Part shown: positions 12,088 to 23,891 of the stretch, piece by piece
How the letters are laid out: the number at the start of each line of letters is the position of its first letter
Position numbering within the stretch: the first letter of the stretch is position 1
Assembly: GCA_004431415.1 (NCBI GenBank)
Contig: QPMI01000163.1
Coordinates: 124,001 to 188,000 of the forward strand
Reading direction: 5' to 3'
Length of the DNA stretch: 64,000 nt
Source: Cyanophora paradoxa CCMP329
Lineage: Eukaryota; Plantae; Glaucophyta
Translations under genes and position numbers: made by a program
Notes under the pieces: model-generated
The model's input: only the letters and a program-made list of their open reading frames with translations
What the model was told of the DNA's origin: nothing
The model's database searches: none

Positions 12088-15000
12088 ATGGCGTTCTCGT
12101 GCGCGTGGGCGCCAGCGGCGGCGCCGGTGCATGCTGCTTTCGCGTGCACGGCCCCGGACGTTGCATCCCGTGCCAGAGTGCGCCGCTGTCGGCGTGCGCC
12201 CCAGGTCGGCGTGCGCCGCTTCCTCGGCGAGCGCCAGCGGCTCCTCCGGGGCGAGGGGACCGCATTCGCAGCTGGCAGTCCCCTGGAGCTTGCCGACTTG
12301 CCGGCGCGCGCGAGTCTGGAAGGGTCCGCCGGCGCTGAGCAATCGACCGGCGCCGCCGCGCCGCCGGCGATTGTCCCGAATGACAAGCTCCGCGTCCCGG
12401 TGCTCGAGGACGATTCCTATCTCCTGCCTGATGTACGCGCCCCGCCCCGCGCGCTCTCCTCGTCCGCCGCTCCTCATACGTGCCTGCACGTGCGCGCCGC
12501 ACACGCGCCGCGCAGGAAGTCGATATCGCGCAGCAGCTCGCGACCAAGTGGGTGAGCGACTTTTGGGGGCATCGAGCCCAAAGCGCAGTCCTGTCCCGCG
12601 CCGCGCTGACCGGACGAGCGCGCCCGCCGCAGCGCCTCTTCTGGTCGCCCCCGTGGAAGAAGTTCCGGAAGCACAGCGTCCTCAGCGTCGAGCTGGCGGG
12701 CAGCTGCGCCGAGAAGGCCTCGGGAGGCTTCCCCGGGCCGTCTCCCGGCCAGGTGGGCGCCCCGCGAGCGCCCCGGACCCGCCCCCGAGCGCCCGCGCCG
12801 GCGCCGGCCTCTGACGGGCGCGTGGCGGCGGGGCGGGCAGCTGGCGTCGCTGCTGCCCGTGTTCGTGGAGAACCTGCGGAAGGCGGCGGTGGACCCGCGC
12901 ATCGAGGGCGTCTACATCCGCCTCGGCGTGCTGACCTGCGGCTGGGCCAAGATCGAGGAGCTGCGGCGGCAGATCGCGCGCTTCCGGCGGAGCGGCAAGT
13001 TCGTGGTCGCCTTCGCGGAGGTCTGCACCGAGCGGGAGATGGCGGTCGGCTCCTTCTGCGACGAGTTCTACCTCCCCGAGGAGGCCGTCGTCTCGCTGCG
13101 GGGCTTCCGCGGGGAGGGGACCTTCCTCGGCGGCGTCCTCGAGAAGATCGGCGTCGAGGCCCAGGTACAGCGCATCGGCAAGTACAAGGTGCGCGGGGCG
13201 AGAGGGGGCGCCCGCCCGCCGGCTCACCTGGGGCGCGGGCAGAGCGCGGGGGACCAGCTGGGGCGGAAAGACATGAGCGAGGCGCAGCGGGAGGTGCTGG
13301 GGAGCTTGCTGGACCAGCGGCTGGCGCGCTTCAAGCAGCTGCTCGCGGCGCACACGGGGCGCGGCGAGGAGGAGGTCGAGGCGCTCCTCGAGGCCGCCCC
13401 CATGCGCGCCGCCGAGCTCCTCGACGGCCGCTGGATCACCGGCGTCGCCTACGAGGACCAGGCCCGCCCCGCCCCCCACCCGCCCCGCCCCGCCGCCCCC
13501 CGGGCCGCTGAGGCGGCGGCAGGTGCTCGACGGCCTCAAGCGCCGCGTCTTCCCCGCACAGTGCGCCGCCGCCGAGGAGGCCATCGAGCGCGCCTCCAGC
13601 CCCGAGGCGCGCCCGCCGCCCCCGGCCCGCCCCGCGCGGCGCGCCTGAGGCCGGCGTGGCGCAGGAGAAGGAGAAGGCGCAGAAGCGCTGGGAGAAGATC
13701 CGCCTCGGCCTCGTGAGCTCCGTGCCCCGCGGCCGCCCGCTTGCAAGCAGCGCGGGGCCGACGCCGGGGCCCCGCAGGTGCCGGCCGGCGCGTACGCGAA
13801 GCTGAAGCCGCGCACCCTCGGCCTCGACCGCCGCGGCAAGGTCGTCGGTGCGCCCGCCCTGCCGGCCCCGCGCCCCTGGGGGGCGCTGAAGGCGGGCAGC
13901 GGTGGTGCGGGCGTCGGGGGCGATCACGTCCGGGGGCGGCGGCTCGCCGCTGGGCGGGGGAGCGGCATCTCCAGCGACGCCTTCGTCAAGCTCCTCCGCA
14001 GGGCCCGCCCCGCCCCGCCCCTCCTGCGCCTGGCGTGGCGTGGCGTGGCCGGGGCGCTGAGGCCGCGGCGGCTGGGGGCAGGTGCGGGAGGACCGGCGGG
14101 TGGCCGCCGTCGTGCTCCGCATCGACTCCCCCGGCGGCTCCGCCCTCGCCTCCGACGTCATGTGGCGCGGTCCGCCCCGCCCCGCCCCGGCCCCGCCCCC
14201 GCCCCTCACACCCGAGCAGAGATCCGGCGCACGGCGGAGCGCAAGCCCGTCGTGGCGAGCATGAGCGACGTCGCCGCCTCGGGCGGTCCGCCTTGCTCTG
14301 CCGGCGCGCGCCCGGGCTGGCGGGCCGGGCCGACGGGGCGGGGCGCAGGGTACTACATGAGCATGGCGTGCGACGAGGTGTTCGCGGAGGAGAGCACGGT
14401 GACGGGCAGCATCGGCGTCGTCACCGCCAAGGTCAACCTCGGCAAGCTCTACGAGCGCGGTCCGCCCCGCCCCGCCCCGCCCGCCCCGCCCGCCCGCCCG
14501 CCCCGCCCGCCCTGCCCGCCGCGCCGCGCCGGGCTCAAGGCGGGCCAGTTGGGTACGCGAAGGAGGTTGTCTCGCGGGGCCGCCTGGCGGAGCTGGACGT
14601 GGACAATCGGCCCTTCACCGAGGAGGAGGCCGCCTACTTCGCCGCCTCCGCCCGCCGCGCCTACGGTCCGGGACGCCACCCCGCCCCACCCCAGCGCGCC
14701 GCGCCGCCTCAGGCTCGCGCAGAGTCGTTCCGGGACAAGGCGGCGGCGTCGCGGGGGATGGAGCCGGAGGTGATGGAGGCGTACGCGCAGGGGCGGGTGT
14801 GGACGGGGGGCCAGGCCCTCGAGCGCGGCCTCGTGGACGGCCTCGGCGGCGTCGACGCCGCCGTGCGCGCCGCCCGCCGCCGCGCCGGCATCCCCGACGA
14901 GGCCCCCGTGCGCCTCGAGGAGCTCCCCGCGTGCCCCGCGGCGCCCTCGCCTTCCTCCCCGGCCGCGCCGCCGCCGCCCTCGCCGCCCTCGCCGGCGCCC

Positions 15001-15266
15001 AGGCCGCCGCCCCCGCCGGCGAGGCCGAGGCCGAGGCGGCCGGCGCCGCGTCGCTGCTGGCGGCCCTCGCGCAGGGCCAGCCCCTCGCCCTCCTCGACGG
15101 GCCCGCCCCGCCCCGCCCGCCCGCCCGCGCCCCGCCGGCTCCTCACGCGGGGGCGCGCAGGTACATTGAGGGGGCGCTCTCCACGGCCGTCGCCCGCGCC
15201 GCCGTCCGCGACCCCGCCGGCGCCATCGCCGCCGCCCAGCGCGCCCTCTCCTCCCTCGGCCTGTAG
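12088..15266 (+). CDS. sppA: Plastid signal peptide peptidase SppA (protease IV, S49)
   Basis: MAFSC... transit-peptide-like N-terminus. Motifs include NLRKAAVDPRIEGVY, CGWAKIEELRRQI, RIGKYKSAGDQL, VVLRIDSPGGSALASD, MSDVAASGGYYM, TVTGSIGVV and AQGRVWTGGQALERGLVDGLGG. Confidence 0.95.
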
Positions 15267-15323
15267 CCCCCGCCTCTGCTAGTCCGGTCCTTGTCACCCT
15301 GTCTAGTGGATGCCTACCTATGA

Positions 15324-17106
15324 CTACGCTTGCATCGGGCCGGGGGCCCGGGCCTGGGGCCGATCCGGGCCCGCCCCCATCTCCAGCAAGCTCTCGTACC
15401 CCTCGGGCGCCCGCTGCGCGTCCTGCCGCTGCTGCGCGGCCCGTCGGGGAAGGGAGGGGATGGGAGGGGGACGGGGCGGGGGCGCACGCGGAGGCGGCGG
15501 CGGAGGAAGACGGCGGCGGCGACGAGGGCGAGGGTCCCCGCCGCTCCCGCCGCCGCCACCGCCGGCCCCGGCGGGGCCATCCTCTTCGGCCCGCCCGCCC
15601 CCGCCTGGCCCGGCGTCGCGCTTGCGCCGCTGGGCGGCCCGGCGGCCCCGCGCGCTCCGCCCGCCACCGCTCGGCCGCCCGCACGGCCTGGTCGGGGCCT
15701 GGGGCGAGGAGGGCGGTCAGCTGGGAGCGCGGAGGGCCGCGGGAGGGGGCGCGGGGCGGGGCGCGGGGCGGGCCTCGGCGAAGAAGCCGTCGACGCCGGC
15801 GGCAAGGTAGGCGGCGAACTCCCCCGCGGGGTCCGCGGGGTCGGGCGCCCCCTCGGCGCGAACGTCCACGCGTGCACCAGCAGGCCCCGCCCGTGCGCCG
15901 CCTCCACCACCCCGTCCCCTGCCCCGTCGCCCGCCCACGCTACTCGGCGGGGCTGGATGGGGCGGGGCGGGGAGGTCGGGGCGCACGCGGGCGCGGGGTC
16001 GCGCTCGCTGGCCGGGGGCGCGAGGAGGAGGGCCTTGGCGGCCCCGATCCCCTCCGCGTACTCCGCGATGGCGTCCAGCCCCGCCCCGTCCAGCTGCCCG
16101 CCCCCCGCGTCACGCGGGGGGCGAGGGGCGAGGGCGGGGCGGCGGACGGCGTAGTTCCAGGGCGGCCCGGCGGCCGCCTTCTCCACGAGCTGCACGAAGA
16201 GCGGCTGCACCGCCAGGCTCCTGCCGCCCCCGCCCGCCCCGCGGCGGCCGTCGGCGGCGGGCGAGGCGGCGAGCGCGGGCGGGGGCGCGCGCACCGCTTC
16301 ATGGCGGCCCGGCAGGCGCGGAGCGGGCCGGCCTCGAAGCACTGCACGTAGACGCGCACGGCGGGGGACGGGAGGCCGCGCGAGCGCAGGGCCGCCGCCA
16401 GCGCCCCGCACGGGTCGAACCCGAGCGAGGCGTAGTGGCTCGGGTGCTTCAGCTCGGGGTAGACGCCGAGCGGCCGGCGCGCGGAGGCGCTCGCGTTGAG
16501 CGCCGCGTCGAGGGCGTCCTCCAGGAAGAGCACCGGCAGGAGCCTGCGCGCGCGGCCTCGGGCCTGGCACGGGCGCTCGCGCACGCGCGCGCGGCGGACC
16601 CGTCGAGGCTGTGGTCACGGGATGCGATGCGTTGCCTCAGCCGCAGCGTTCTTATCTCGGCCGCCGTGAGGTCCGATGCGAATACGCCCGTCCTCGGCAG
16701 CCCGTCGATCACACGCGTCGTCCTGCGCGCCGGGAACTTCTCGGCGACGTCCGTTGTCTCATCGAGGGTGGGATTGTGGCTGATAACGAAGGCGCCGTCC
16801 TTGCTCAGCTGGAGGTCCGGCTCGATGACGTCCGCTCCGAGCTCCAGTGCAAGGCGATAACCAACAAGGCTGTGCTCAGGCGCGTAGAAGCTCGCGCCGC
16901 GGTGGGCGATAATCAGCGGCGCCTCCCTTGCTGCGTCGAGCCCGTGCGAGCTGCGTACGCGTACGCGCTCGGCGTGAGGCAAGCTCGAGCTCGAGGCCAT
17001 CCCCCAAGACGAGTTCGAGCGGACTACGGGGAATCACGCACCCGCACGAGCCCCACAGGACGAGGAGTGCAACGAGAAGCCGCCCGAGGGCTTCCGCGCG
17101 CCGCAT
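15324..17106 (-). CDS. Glycerophosphodiester phosphodiesterase (GDPD) with signal peptide and C-terminal TM segment
   Basis: PLIIAHRGAS..PEHS, GADVIEPDLQLSKDG, GVYPELKHPS, VYVQCFE and AHGRGLLVHAWT. Hydrophobic N-terminus LLVALLVLWG and C-terminal TLALVAAAVFLRRR. Confidence 0.92.
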
Positions 17107-17551
17107 CTGGCTGAAGCGCCAGGTCGGCCGCTGAGTTGCTGCTTCCGCGCCTGCGCTTTGAAGTCTGTTGCGATGCTTTAATGCCGGCGGGGCCTGAGGG
17201 AGCCTCAGGGGGCCCTGAGGAGGATCCGGGGGGCTACAGGAGTAAACCCAGCCGAGGTCCGAGCGTTCACGGAGCTGCTTTTGCGCAAGCTCGCGAACAG
17301 ACGAGAGCGGCCGAGGAGATTCAGAACGCCCGCGGAGCTCGGCGCGCAAGCTCACCGCTCGACTTCAAGGCTTGCAGTCACCGGCCCAGGCCACGACGCA
17401 CCGCTCCGGCCCAGGCCACGACGCACCGCGCAAAGCATAGCAGGTGCGCCCTGCCTTGCTACCGCCCGCCGCAGTTCGTGACCGGGCGCGCCGGGCGCCG
17501 CAGCTCCGCAACCGCCGCGTCGCACACTGGGCCGGCCGCAGCGTTCAGGAC

Positions 17552-19173
17552 ATGGCATTCTTGGCGGTAGCGCCAATCGCGCTGCGGCGCGCGTGGAGCG
17601 GGATCTGCCAGGGCTATGATCGCTCGAGGCTGAAACTGCGCACGCGGCCGGCGTACGCTCTGGGCGCCGGCGTCCAGCTGCAGCCGCGCGGGACGCAGCT
17701 CTTCCACACTAGCATAAGCGCAGAACTCAGCAGCGCGGAGCCGCGAGCTGAGAGCGGGCAGGCACAGCCAAGCGAGGCGAAGCCGTCGAAACGAGCGCTG
17801 AAGCGCGCGGCCCGCATGCTGCTCTTCCAGAATCTACGGGATGAGCGCCTGCGAAAGACGGAGGAGCTTCTCGCACGACAGAAACTGGAGCGCGAGGCGT
17901 GTAGACTGAATCGCACATGCCTGATTTCAGTGGAGTCCCGCGCTGACGCCTCGTGCGCAGGAGCGCCTGGCAGCGATGCACCCGGGTAGCGCCCTCCCGA
18001 ATTCAACCTTCTGTGCCCGAAGCCGGCCGGCCTGACGCCCTCGCGCGGCGCCGCAGAGCAGCGGGAGGAGTTCCTCCGCGCCAAGGCGGAAATCAAGGAG
18101 GCCAAGCGCCGGGCGAAGGAGGAGGAGCGGGCGACTCTGCGCGCCCGCATGGAGTCCAGCCCCCAGCTCGTGCGCGCGCCGCCACCCTAGGCCCAGCGGC
18201 GCCGCCCCTGCTCGCGCTTGGTCCGTGAGCGGCTGGGGGCCGGCGCAGGTCATGGACCTCGAGCTCGTGAACTTCGAGGACGCGAGGGCGCGCCCCGCCC
18301 CGCCTCGCCCCGCGGGCCTCCCGCCTCCGGTCCGACCCTGCGCAGTGGGTGCGCTCGCTGCGGAAGCAAATCGTGTACCTGTACGGGGCGAACGCGCTCG
18401 CGGAGGCCCCATTCAAGCTTCACTTTGCCGGCGCCTCCGAGCGCGCCGTCCGCGAGTGCCTGGAGCCCATCCCCGGCTTCCCCGACTGGTGCGTCTCCGT
18501 CTCCGACCGGTGCGCCCCCCGCCCCCCGCCGCGCTGCCGTACCCCTCGCCCCGCGACGTTGCGGTTCTCGTCTGAACACGCACGCAGGCCCTACCTCGAG
18601 ACCTTCCCCCACTCGCGGATCACCTACCTGAGCCCAGGCGTGCTCTGCACTCCGAGGCTCCGCGCACCGCGGTCGGCCCGGCCGGCCGCTGACGCGGCGC
18701 GCGCTTGCAGACGCGGACGAGGAGCTGGGGGAGATCGCGGCGGACGACGTCCTCGTCGTCGGCGCCGTCGTAGACCGCGAGCTCCTCAAGGCGCGCCCCC
18801 GGCCCGCCCCCCCCGCCGCCGCAGCCTCGCGCCGGGAGCGCCAGTCTCAGTCTAGTCCACCTCCAGCTAAAACGGGTTTTCAAGGCCGGGCTTGCGCATG
18901 CCGCAGTGCTGACTCTGAATTGGCGTGCGCAGGGCCTGACGCGAGGCAAGGCGGACTCGCAGGGGGTGAGCGACCCCTCCTCCGGTTGAGCGTTCGCGTG
19001 GGTTCACCTGCGCTGCGCAGCTGCGAAGCAGGCGTCTCCCCTTGCACCTCAGCCCTTCGCCCTTCTCGACCTCCGCTCTTCCGATCAATCACGCAAGTAT
19101 GGCAGCAATCCACTTCTACTCGACCAAGGATTGGCGGCTCTCATTCGAGCGAGCACTAGCTTTCGGTGCATAG
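17552..19173 (+). CDS. TRM10: tRNA m1R9 methyltransferase, Trm10 family, with organellar-type N-terminal extension
   Basis: SLRKQIVYLYGAN, ITYLSPDADEEL, VLVVGAVVDRELLKGLT..KA, RRLPL and LPINH...TKDWRLSFERAL*. Confidence 0.85.
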
Positions 19174-19620
19174 CAGCCTAGCCTAGCATAGCAGCAGAAG
19201 TAAGCGACGAAGATTGGAACACTCTTCGAGGCGGGAACTCCGGAATAGTGCACAGTGGCACTGAGAAAACGAAGCAGCCGTCGAACTAAAGGAAAGCGCT
19301 CGTACGTGCCCAGCTTATCCAAATACCGGCTCCTGTGCGCGAGTGCACGAGTGCGAGATAAAGCGATGGTTCAAAATGAGCAACTTGGTCAATGAGCACC
19401 CTGCTCAATTAAGTGTCCTACAGCTGTTCACACCTACTTGGAGCGCACAAAACGAACGCGAGCGGAGAGAGCTGCCGAATAGCGGTGGGGAGCTGAATGG
19501 AAGGTGGATGTCCGGCAGCAAGACTCGCGAGGAGGACGGGGCAGGTTGGAATGTACAAGATGGCGGGGGAAGACTGGCCGGAAGGGACGGCTGAGCTGGG
19601 AGGCTCGATCGGCGAGTTCT

Positions 19621-20460
19621 TCAGTCATCATCCTCCTCGTCCTCCTCCTCCTCACCCTCGTCCTCGTCCTGCGAACACCGGCTCAGCGGGGCCAACTAAC
19701 TCGCACGGCGCGGGCCCGCGAACCTCCTCCTCCTCCTTCTTCTTCTTGCTGCTACGCTTCTCGGACTTCTCCGACTTGCCGCCCTGTACGCGGGGGCGGG
19801 GAAAGCGCGGGAATCAGCTCCTTCGATTCAAAACTGGCGGTGCCGGGAACGTTCGGGCTCACCTTGTCGTACTCCTTCTTGTCCTTCTCGTACCGCTCCT
19901 TGTCCTTCTTGGCCTTCTCCTCGTATTTCTGCGGGGACGCCGTCGGCCGGGGAAGACGGCGGCGTCACGGGCTTTCGACGCACGGCCTTGTCCTTGCTAT
20001 CGATCTCCTTCCACATCTCACCGATCCTCTTGCCAATATCGCCTGCGCCCGGGTCCCAGGCGTGTCGGAATTCAAATTCGCGAGGGACGTACACAAGTCC
20101 AGTCATTCTCACGCACCGAACTTCATATCGGGGTTCTCGCTCTTCACCTTCTCGCGGACATCGTTGCTGAAGAACATGAAGGCCGAGAGGGCACGCTTGG
20201 GCGCGTTGGGGTCCTTCTCCTTCTTGCCCTTGGCGGCCTTCTTGGTCACACCGCCCTTCGCCTTCGACGCGGCCTTGGATTCCTTCTGCGATGGCAAACG
20301 GAACGTAATACGTCAGTTTGAGGATATTCCGAAGGAAGCAACGCCCCCGAAAAACCCTCGCGCTTTTCAAAAAAGCGGGGCTCGCGGGCCCTAGCGTACG
20401 GGGCGTCCCCGCTAGCGTCATTCGCGACTCGCTGCGCGTACGGCGGACCTTCGGCGGCAT
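19621..20460 (-). CDS. HMG-box protein (HMGB/NHP6-like) with acidic tail
   Basis: [60 protein letters not shown] and a D/E-rich C-terminus. Confidence 0.95.
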
Positions 20461-20616
20461 GGCTGCTTGTTTTGAGATGCGGGCGAGTTTCTTCGACTGG
20501 GGCTCTAACAAAGTTGGCCGCCACTACCCGTCCCGGCCAGTTGCAAACTTGGCCAAACAGTTCAGGTCGGGGTACGCTTGCCTGAAACCTCCCGCCCCTC
20601 ACCAGCCGCGGCGGGG

Positions 20617-22382
20617 ATGTTCCGCAACCCTATCGTGCGGCGGCTGCGGCGGCTGCGGCGCGTCCTGCTGCGGCGTCTCACGCCGACGCACTGCGCCGTC
20701 GGGCTGGCGGGCGCGCTGCCGATCCTGACGATCGTCCTGGTTATCCGCTCGGCGCTGCATGCGGGTGCGCAAGCAGGCCGCACCGCGCCTCCGTCCCGCT
20801 GAAGCCCGCCCGCGCCGCAGACTCGTCGGGCTCAGTATTCGACATGCACTGCCTGCAGCAGACGCAGGAGTCCGCGCTGGTCGGTCTGTCGGAGGAGCCT
20901 GGCTACGCGGAGCTGTTCCAGCGGCGGTTCGCCCGCTACGTCTGTTGCGTCCCGCGCAGCAAGCAGCCGCCCGAGATGCTGGAGCCAGCCCCGCCGCCCC
21001 CGCCCGCCGACCTGGCGGCGCTAGCAAGCACCGTTCCGGAGGCTCTCGACGCGGGCAGCAGGGACATGCGGGCCGGAGGGGCCATCTGCTTTGTCCGCAC
21101 CAGGACGGAGCCCTCGTACGAGATCTGCACGTACGACGACGAGCGGGACCAGCACGTGTCCAAGACGCTCCGCGAGCAGGGTGCGGCCGCGCCGGCGTCC
21201 CGGGGCTCCGCGACGGGGCGAGCGAGTGGCGGCGCAGGGGTGTGGGACGCGCACATCCTCACCTTCATGGAGTCCGTGCTCGCGGGGGAGCCCTCCGGCG
21301 TCGTCGTCGACGTGCGCGCCCCCTTTCCCGCGCTTGCATGCGCCCGCGCGTCAGCCGAGCCCGCGGCGCCAGATCGGGGCGAACATCGGAGTGTTCAGCC
21401 TGTACGCCGCCGCGATGGGCCACGTTGTGTACTCCTTCGAGCCCTTCAAGGAGGTGCCCGCGCCGGGGCGCGGCCCGCGCCGGCCCCGCCAACGCCGGCG
21501 CAGAACGTGGCGCACCTGGCGGCCGGCGTGCTGCGCAACGGCTTCGAGGACCGCGTGCGGGTGTACCCCGTGGCGCTCTCCGACGAGCGCTTCGAGGCGG
21601 AGATCCGCGTCGACTCGAGCAACCGCGGCCGCGCCGTCGTACGCCGCAAGCCCCTCGCCGCCCGCCTCGTGCGCCCCCGCCCCCGCCCCCGCCCCCGCCC
21701 GCCCTCACATTCCGGGCCGCCGCCCTCCTCACGCGGCCCGCAGTCGCCTCAGATGCGGGCGCTGGACGATTTGATGCAGACGCGGCCGGCGCCGGTGTGG
21801 CCCCTGCCGCAGCCGCTCTCGCTCTCGGACGACGTGGGCGGCACCTGGCTCCTCGACGACTTCCTCGAGACGATCGAGGGGGAGATTTGGATGGCCGGCG
21901 GCGCCCCCCGCGGCCAGGGCTTCGCCGCCGCCGACCGCGCCCGCTCGGGCCGCGTGGACCCCTGGCAGGCCGACGACTCCGACGCCCCGGGCGGCGGCTG
22001 GCAGGAGCGCGCCGGCGCCCGCCCGCGGCGGCAAGGGCGCCGCGAGCGAGGCGGAGCGCCGCGCGGCCGTCGCCGGCGGCTGGGACGACCCATCGACCGC
22101 AGCCGGGCAGAGAAGACGCGTCCCGCCGCCGAGGCGGGCCGTGGCAAGGCGGCGGCCGGCGACGCCGCCCGCGGGAAGGCGATCGGCGCGGAGGAGCGGG
22201 CCGGCGCGGAGGGCGGCGCGGAGGGCCGCAAGGAGCGGCTGCGAGGCAAGTCGGAGGCGCGCGGGCGGCGCGACGTGGACGAGACGGGCTTCTGGCCGCG
22301 GCGGGGCCTGCTGGCGCTCGGCCCGCAGCGCGGCTCGGCGCCCCAGCAGCAGCAGTGGGGCCGCCCCGCCGATGCCCCCATC

Positions 22383-22452
<70 letters not shown>

Positions 22453-23576
22453 GGGCGCGGCAGCAGGTGCCAGCTGCGCAGCCTGCGCAACAAGAGCAAC
22501 AGCAGCCGCAACAACAGCAGCAGCAGCAGTGGGTGCGCCAGCCTCCCCCGCTGGAGCCGGGCGCGAGCCTGGAGGAGCAGAAGCAGCACCAGCAGTGGGT
22601 GCGGCAGCAGGCGCAGCGCGCGCAGCCGGTGCAGCAGCAACAACAGCAGTGGACCCGGCAGCAGGCGCCGGCCGCGCAGCCGGCCTCTCAGCAGCAGTGG
22701 GATCGGCAGCAGCAGTGGAGTCGCCAGCAGGCGCCGGCGCAGGCGGAGCAGGATCAGCAGCAGTGGACCCGGCAGCAGGCAGCACCGGGCCAGCAGCCGG
22801 CGCAGCAGCAGTGGGCGCGGCAGCAGGCGGCAACAGCGCAGCAGCCGGCGCAGCAGCAGTGGGCGCGGCAGCAGGCCGCGCCCGCGCAGCCGGCGCAGGC
22901 GGCGCAGCAGCCGCAGCAGTGGGCGCAGAAGCAGGCGGCGGGGGCAGAGCAGCGGTGGCAGCAGCCGGCGCGGCTGCAGCACGAGGCGGAGGCGCCGCGG
23001 GCGGCGGCACCTGCCGCGAAGAAGCAGGCGGCGAGCCACGCGGCGGCGACGGGCCCGGCGGCCGGCGTGCACCTCATCAAGATGGACGTCGAGGGCTTCG
23101 AGGCCCGCGTCCTCACCGGCGTCCGCCCCCTGCCCCCCGCCGCCCTTCCGCCGCCCGAGCGGCGCCTCACGCCGCGCAGGGGGCCCGCCTCATGGAGCGC
23201 CTGCGCCCGCGCTACATCGTCCTCGAGCTCTCCTCCTCCATGGCGCGCGCCGGGCGGGGCGGGGGCCCGCCCGCGGGGCGCCGCCGGCCTGACGGGAGGC
23301 GGGGGGCAGATGAACGTGCAGGGGTGCAGCTACCGGCGGGTGATGGAGGTGCTGGTGCAGGACAGCGGCTACTGCGCCTACGAGGACCCGTACCTCTCGG
23401 CCCCCATCACCGCCTCCGGCATCATGGCCCGCCCCCTTCGCCTCCCCTTCCGTCTCACGTCGCCGCCGGGCGCGCTGACGGGCCGCGCCGCGCAGGAGTG
23501 GTCCTGGCGGGCCGCCCAGAAGGGCACCAACGACGTCTTCTTCGTCCGCCGCGACCTCGCCCGCGGGCCCTGCTAG
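20617..23576 (+). CDS. Type II membrane FkbM-family SAM-dependent methyltransferase with a large Q-rich insertion
   Basis: N-terminal TM (AVGLAGALPILTIVLVI). Motifs VVD/IGANIGVFSLYAA, VYSFEP, VYPVALSD, ALDD and LIKMDVEGFEARVLTG. Confidence 0.88.
22386..22451 (+). repeat. (CAG)22 coding microsatellite (polyglutamine)
   Basis: Uninterrupted CAG run inside the FkbM exon. Confidence 0.95.
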
Positions 23577-23891
23577 ACGGGCCAGCCGCCGCCCTGCGAG
23601 GACCACTTGTCTCCGCGAGGCCCGCCCCCCTTTCCCTTCGCACTTCCCACTTTTGTTCGATGTTTTATGCATAAGACCACACGATACTGCGCCTGCACTA
23701 CGCACGAGACGCGTCTGCTGCTGGGAACGACGTTGAAAGCGAAAAGCGAAAGAGGCTTGACTGAAACTTTGAAAAGCGGCTGCCATGAAATGTGGAATTT
23801 AAAAGCTGTCAGCATGCTGGCCACAGAGTACATTCGGATCCGGAAAGAGCGAGAACGTCCGGCGGGGCGGGGGGACCCCACAGCTCGACAC

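Noticed and set aside
5855-16618. Very long Arg/Pro/Gly/Ala-rich ORFs (for example 6003-9146, 1047 aa)
   Set aside because: Artefacts of extreme GC content read through introns and wrong frames; the spliced genes explain the region.
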